Shown piece after piece: positions 62,714 through 64,000 of a stretch of DNA of 64,000 bases. Below the pieces are notes generated by a model. That model was not told the DNA's origin. It saw nothing but the letters and a program-made list of their open reading frames with translations, and ran no database searches. A program made the translations under genes and the position numbers. The DNA is taken from assembly GCA_965644265.1 (NCBI GenBank), contig OZ286460.1, positions 5,394,001 to 5,458,000 on the forward strand, written 5' to 3'. Each line of letters begins with the position of its first letter. Within the stretch, counting starts at the first letter, position 1. The stretch comes from Glycera tridactyla. Its lineage: Eukaryota.

Positions 62714-63875
62714 AAAAGCCGCCCTGGAAAAGCGGTCTCCCATCAGAGGTGGTCTCGCATTGAGGGGTCTCTTGTCCCTGGTTTTCCTGTACATACCACT
62801 TTGTTGTCATATTATCAGGGGCACCTGTACCGTCATCTTGTGGACATTTCTCGTAACTCACGCCAAAAGGAAGGTCTATCGTAGCTTTTGAAGAGACATA
62901 TTCTCTCTTCCCCATCCGTTGGTGACGACAGTTTCTGGCATCAGTGATTCAAATGTGAATGGACACTTCTAAAGCAGACTTTCCTGTTTTCCTGTGACTG
63001 GCTTCGGTGGTTAGATGAATGATGCAAACGATAACTCTCCGACTTGCCCTCAGTTGTCCTAGACCGGAATTCTCCATCTCCTACTCATCCTATTGTCTTG
63101 TACAAGTTGGCATGGGGGGGGGGGGGGCTGGTGATCTTAAAATACACATTTGCCAACTAAACATGACATGGTAGACATAAATCGAACATACAAATGCATC
63201 TCCCATTACCTCCGATCAATATCAAGCACTCCGATCTCATGGGAATGTTTTCTATTCTTCCTCCACCATCTGTTATATGGCCAATTCTCTGAAATTGGGA
63301 CCAGCCACAAAAAAAAACATATTTCATGCCAATCCAGCAGCTTCAACCCAGAATTTTTCCAAGCTTGAGAGGAATATCTCCACTTTTAGTGAAGTTATAG
63401 CCAATTTGATTGCAAAAATTTTTGTCCGCACAAAACATAACACCAGACCCCACCCTACTTTGGTGATGTGGTATATCAAATTGAAATAATCCCAAGATCT
63501 CAAACATACTCAGTCTTGACAATCAATAGCAGGGCTTCATTTTACAACCTTGAAACATGTCAAATGTTAGAGATAAATAGCTCCCAGATATCTCCGAACT
63601 GCGTCACAGTATGTTACTACCATTCAGTCAATTTCTGAGTGCAAGTTCACCATTCAATCCCACTGATTTCTGCTATGAATCAATTTGTGTATCACTATCA
63701 GATCATTTGAAAATATTGTTACAATGACCAACCCAGTGATCAAAAGAATCGACAAGGTGATAAACAACCTCTACGAAATTGATTTGGCATTTTATTGTGC
63801 GCATGTGCGAGTAGCAGCAGCACCTAGAAGAGCGAGGGATAAATATCGTACAAACATCGATTCCAAGAACCGACA

Positions 63876-64000
63876 ATGTCAACGACTCCGAGCAAGAAGA
63901 AGTCTAAACGCTCAAAGAAGAAGCACAGAAAAGATAGGAATCATGTGGATCCGTCTGACGAAGATATGAGCGGATGCATAACAAGATCGGGTAGACAGCT
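63876..64000 (+). CDS. Start of a basic ORF running off the window end, possibly ORF1/gag of another retroelement
   Basis: ATG 63876 opens MSTTPSKKKSKRSKKKHRKDRNHVDPSDEDMSGCITRSGRQ with no stop. It lies in a CpG-rich segment that interrupts the repeat at about 63790. Confidence 0.4.
   Translation, partial: MSTTPSKKKSKRSKKKHRKDRNHVDPSDEDMSGCITRSGRQ

Larger units (their letters stand above)
60618..62789. mobile_element. CAGT MITE split by a 2 kb HINE insertion
   Basis: The left half 60618-60717 (TA|CAGTGAAACC ... GGTCAAAT) and right half 62713-62789 (AAAAGCCGCCC ... GGTTTTCCTG|TA) rejoin to match the intact copies at 42413 and about 44800-44935. Confidence 0.8.

Overview
Animal genomic DNA, probably a marine invertebrate (inference from the repeat types), very repeat-rich, with seven N gaps. 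The only host gene I can support is an inositol-trisphosphate 3-kinase (IP3K/ITPK family) on the minus strand. Three of its exons are visible (48985-49087, 15948-16088, 15348-15475), splice in frame and include a 32.9 kb intron; its other exons were not found here. Bases 1-7535 hold an apparently young CR1/L2/Crack-group non-LTR retrotransposon with an unusual layout. In order it has an ORF1 (5' end outside the window), a separate SGNH-esterase ORF, a 2.5 kb non-coding spacer, an intact 972 aa APE-RT ORF, a 3' UTR and poly(A). The spacer carries at least six copies of a 25-nt motif that folds into a nested stem-loop with compensatory base changes, and it ends in a strong splice-acceptor-like signal 9 nt before the RT start codon. 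That array is the best candidate for something undescribed. The rest of the window contains a second 5'-truncated RT ORF, two Helentron-type (HINE) elements with internal 157 bp and 147 bp satellites, and many TA-flanked MITEs. It also contains hAT-like and fold-back MITEs, a SINE-like family, a 7 kb mosaic of LINE scraps, an 1.8 kb triplet repeat, and the start of another basic ORF at the far end. All family assignments come from motif recognition by eye; no database search was run.
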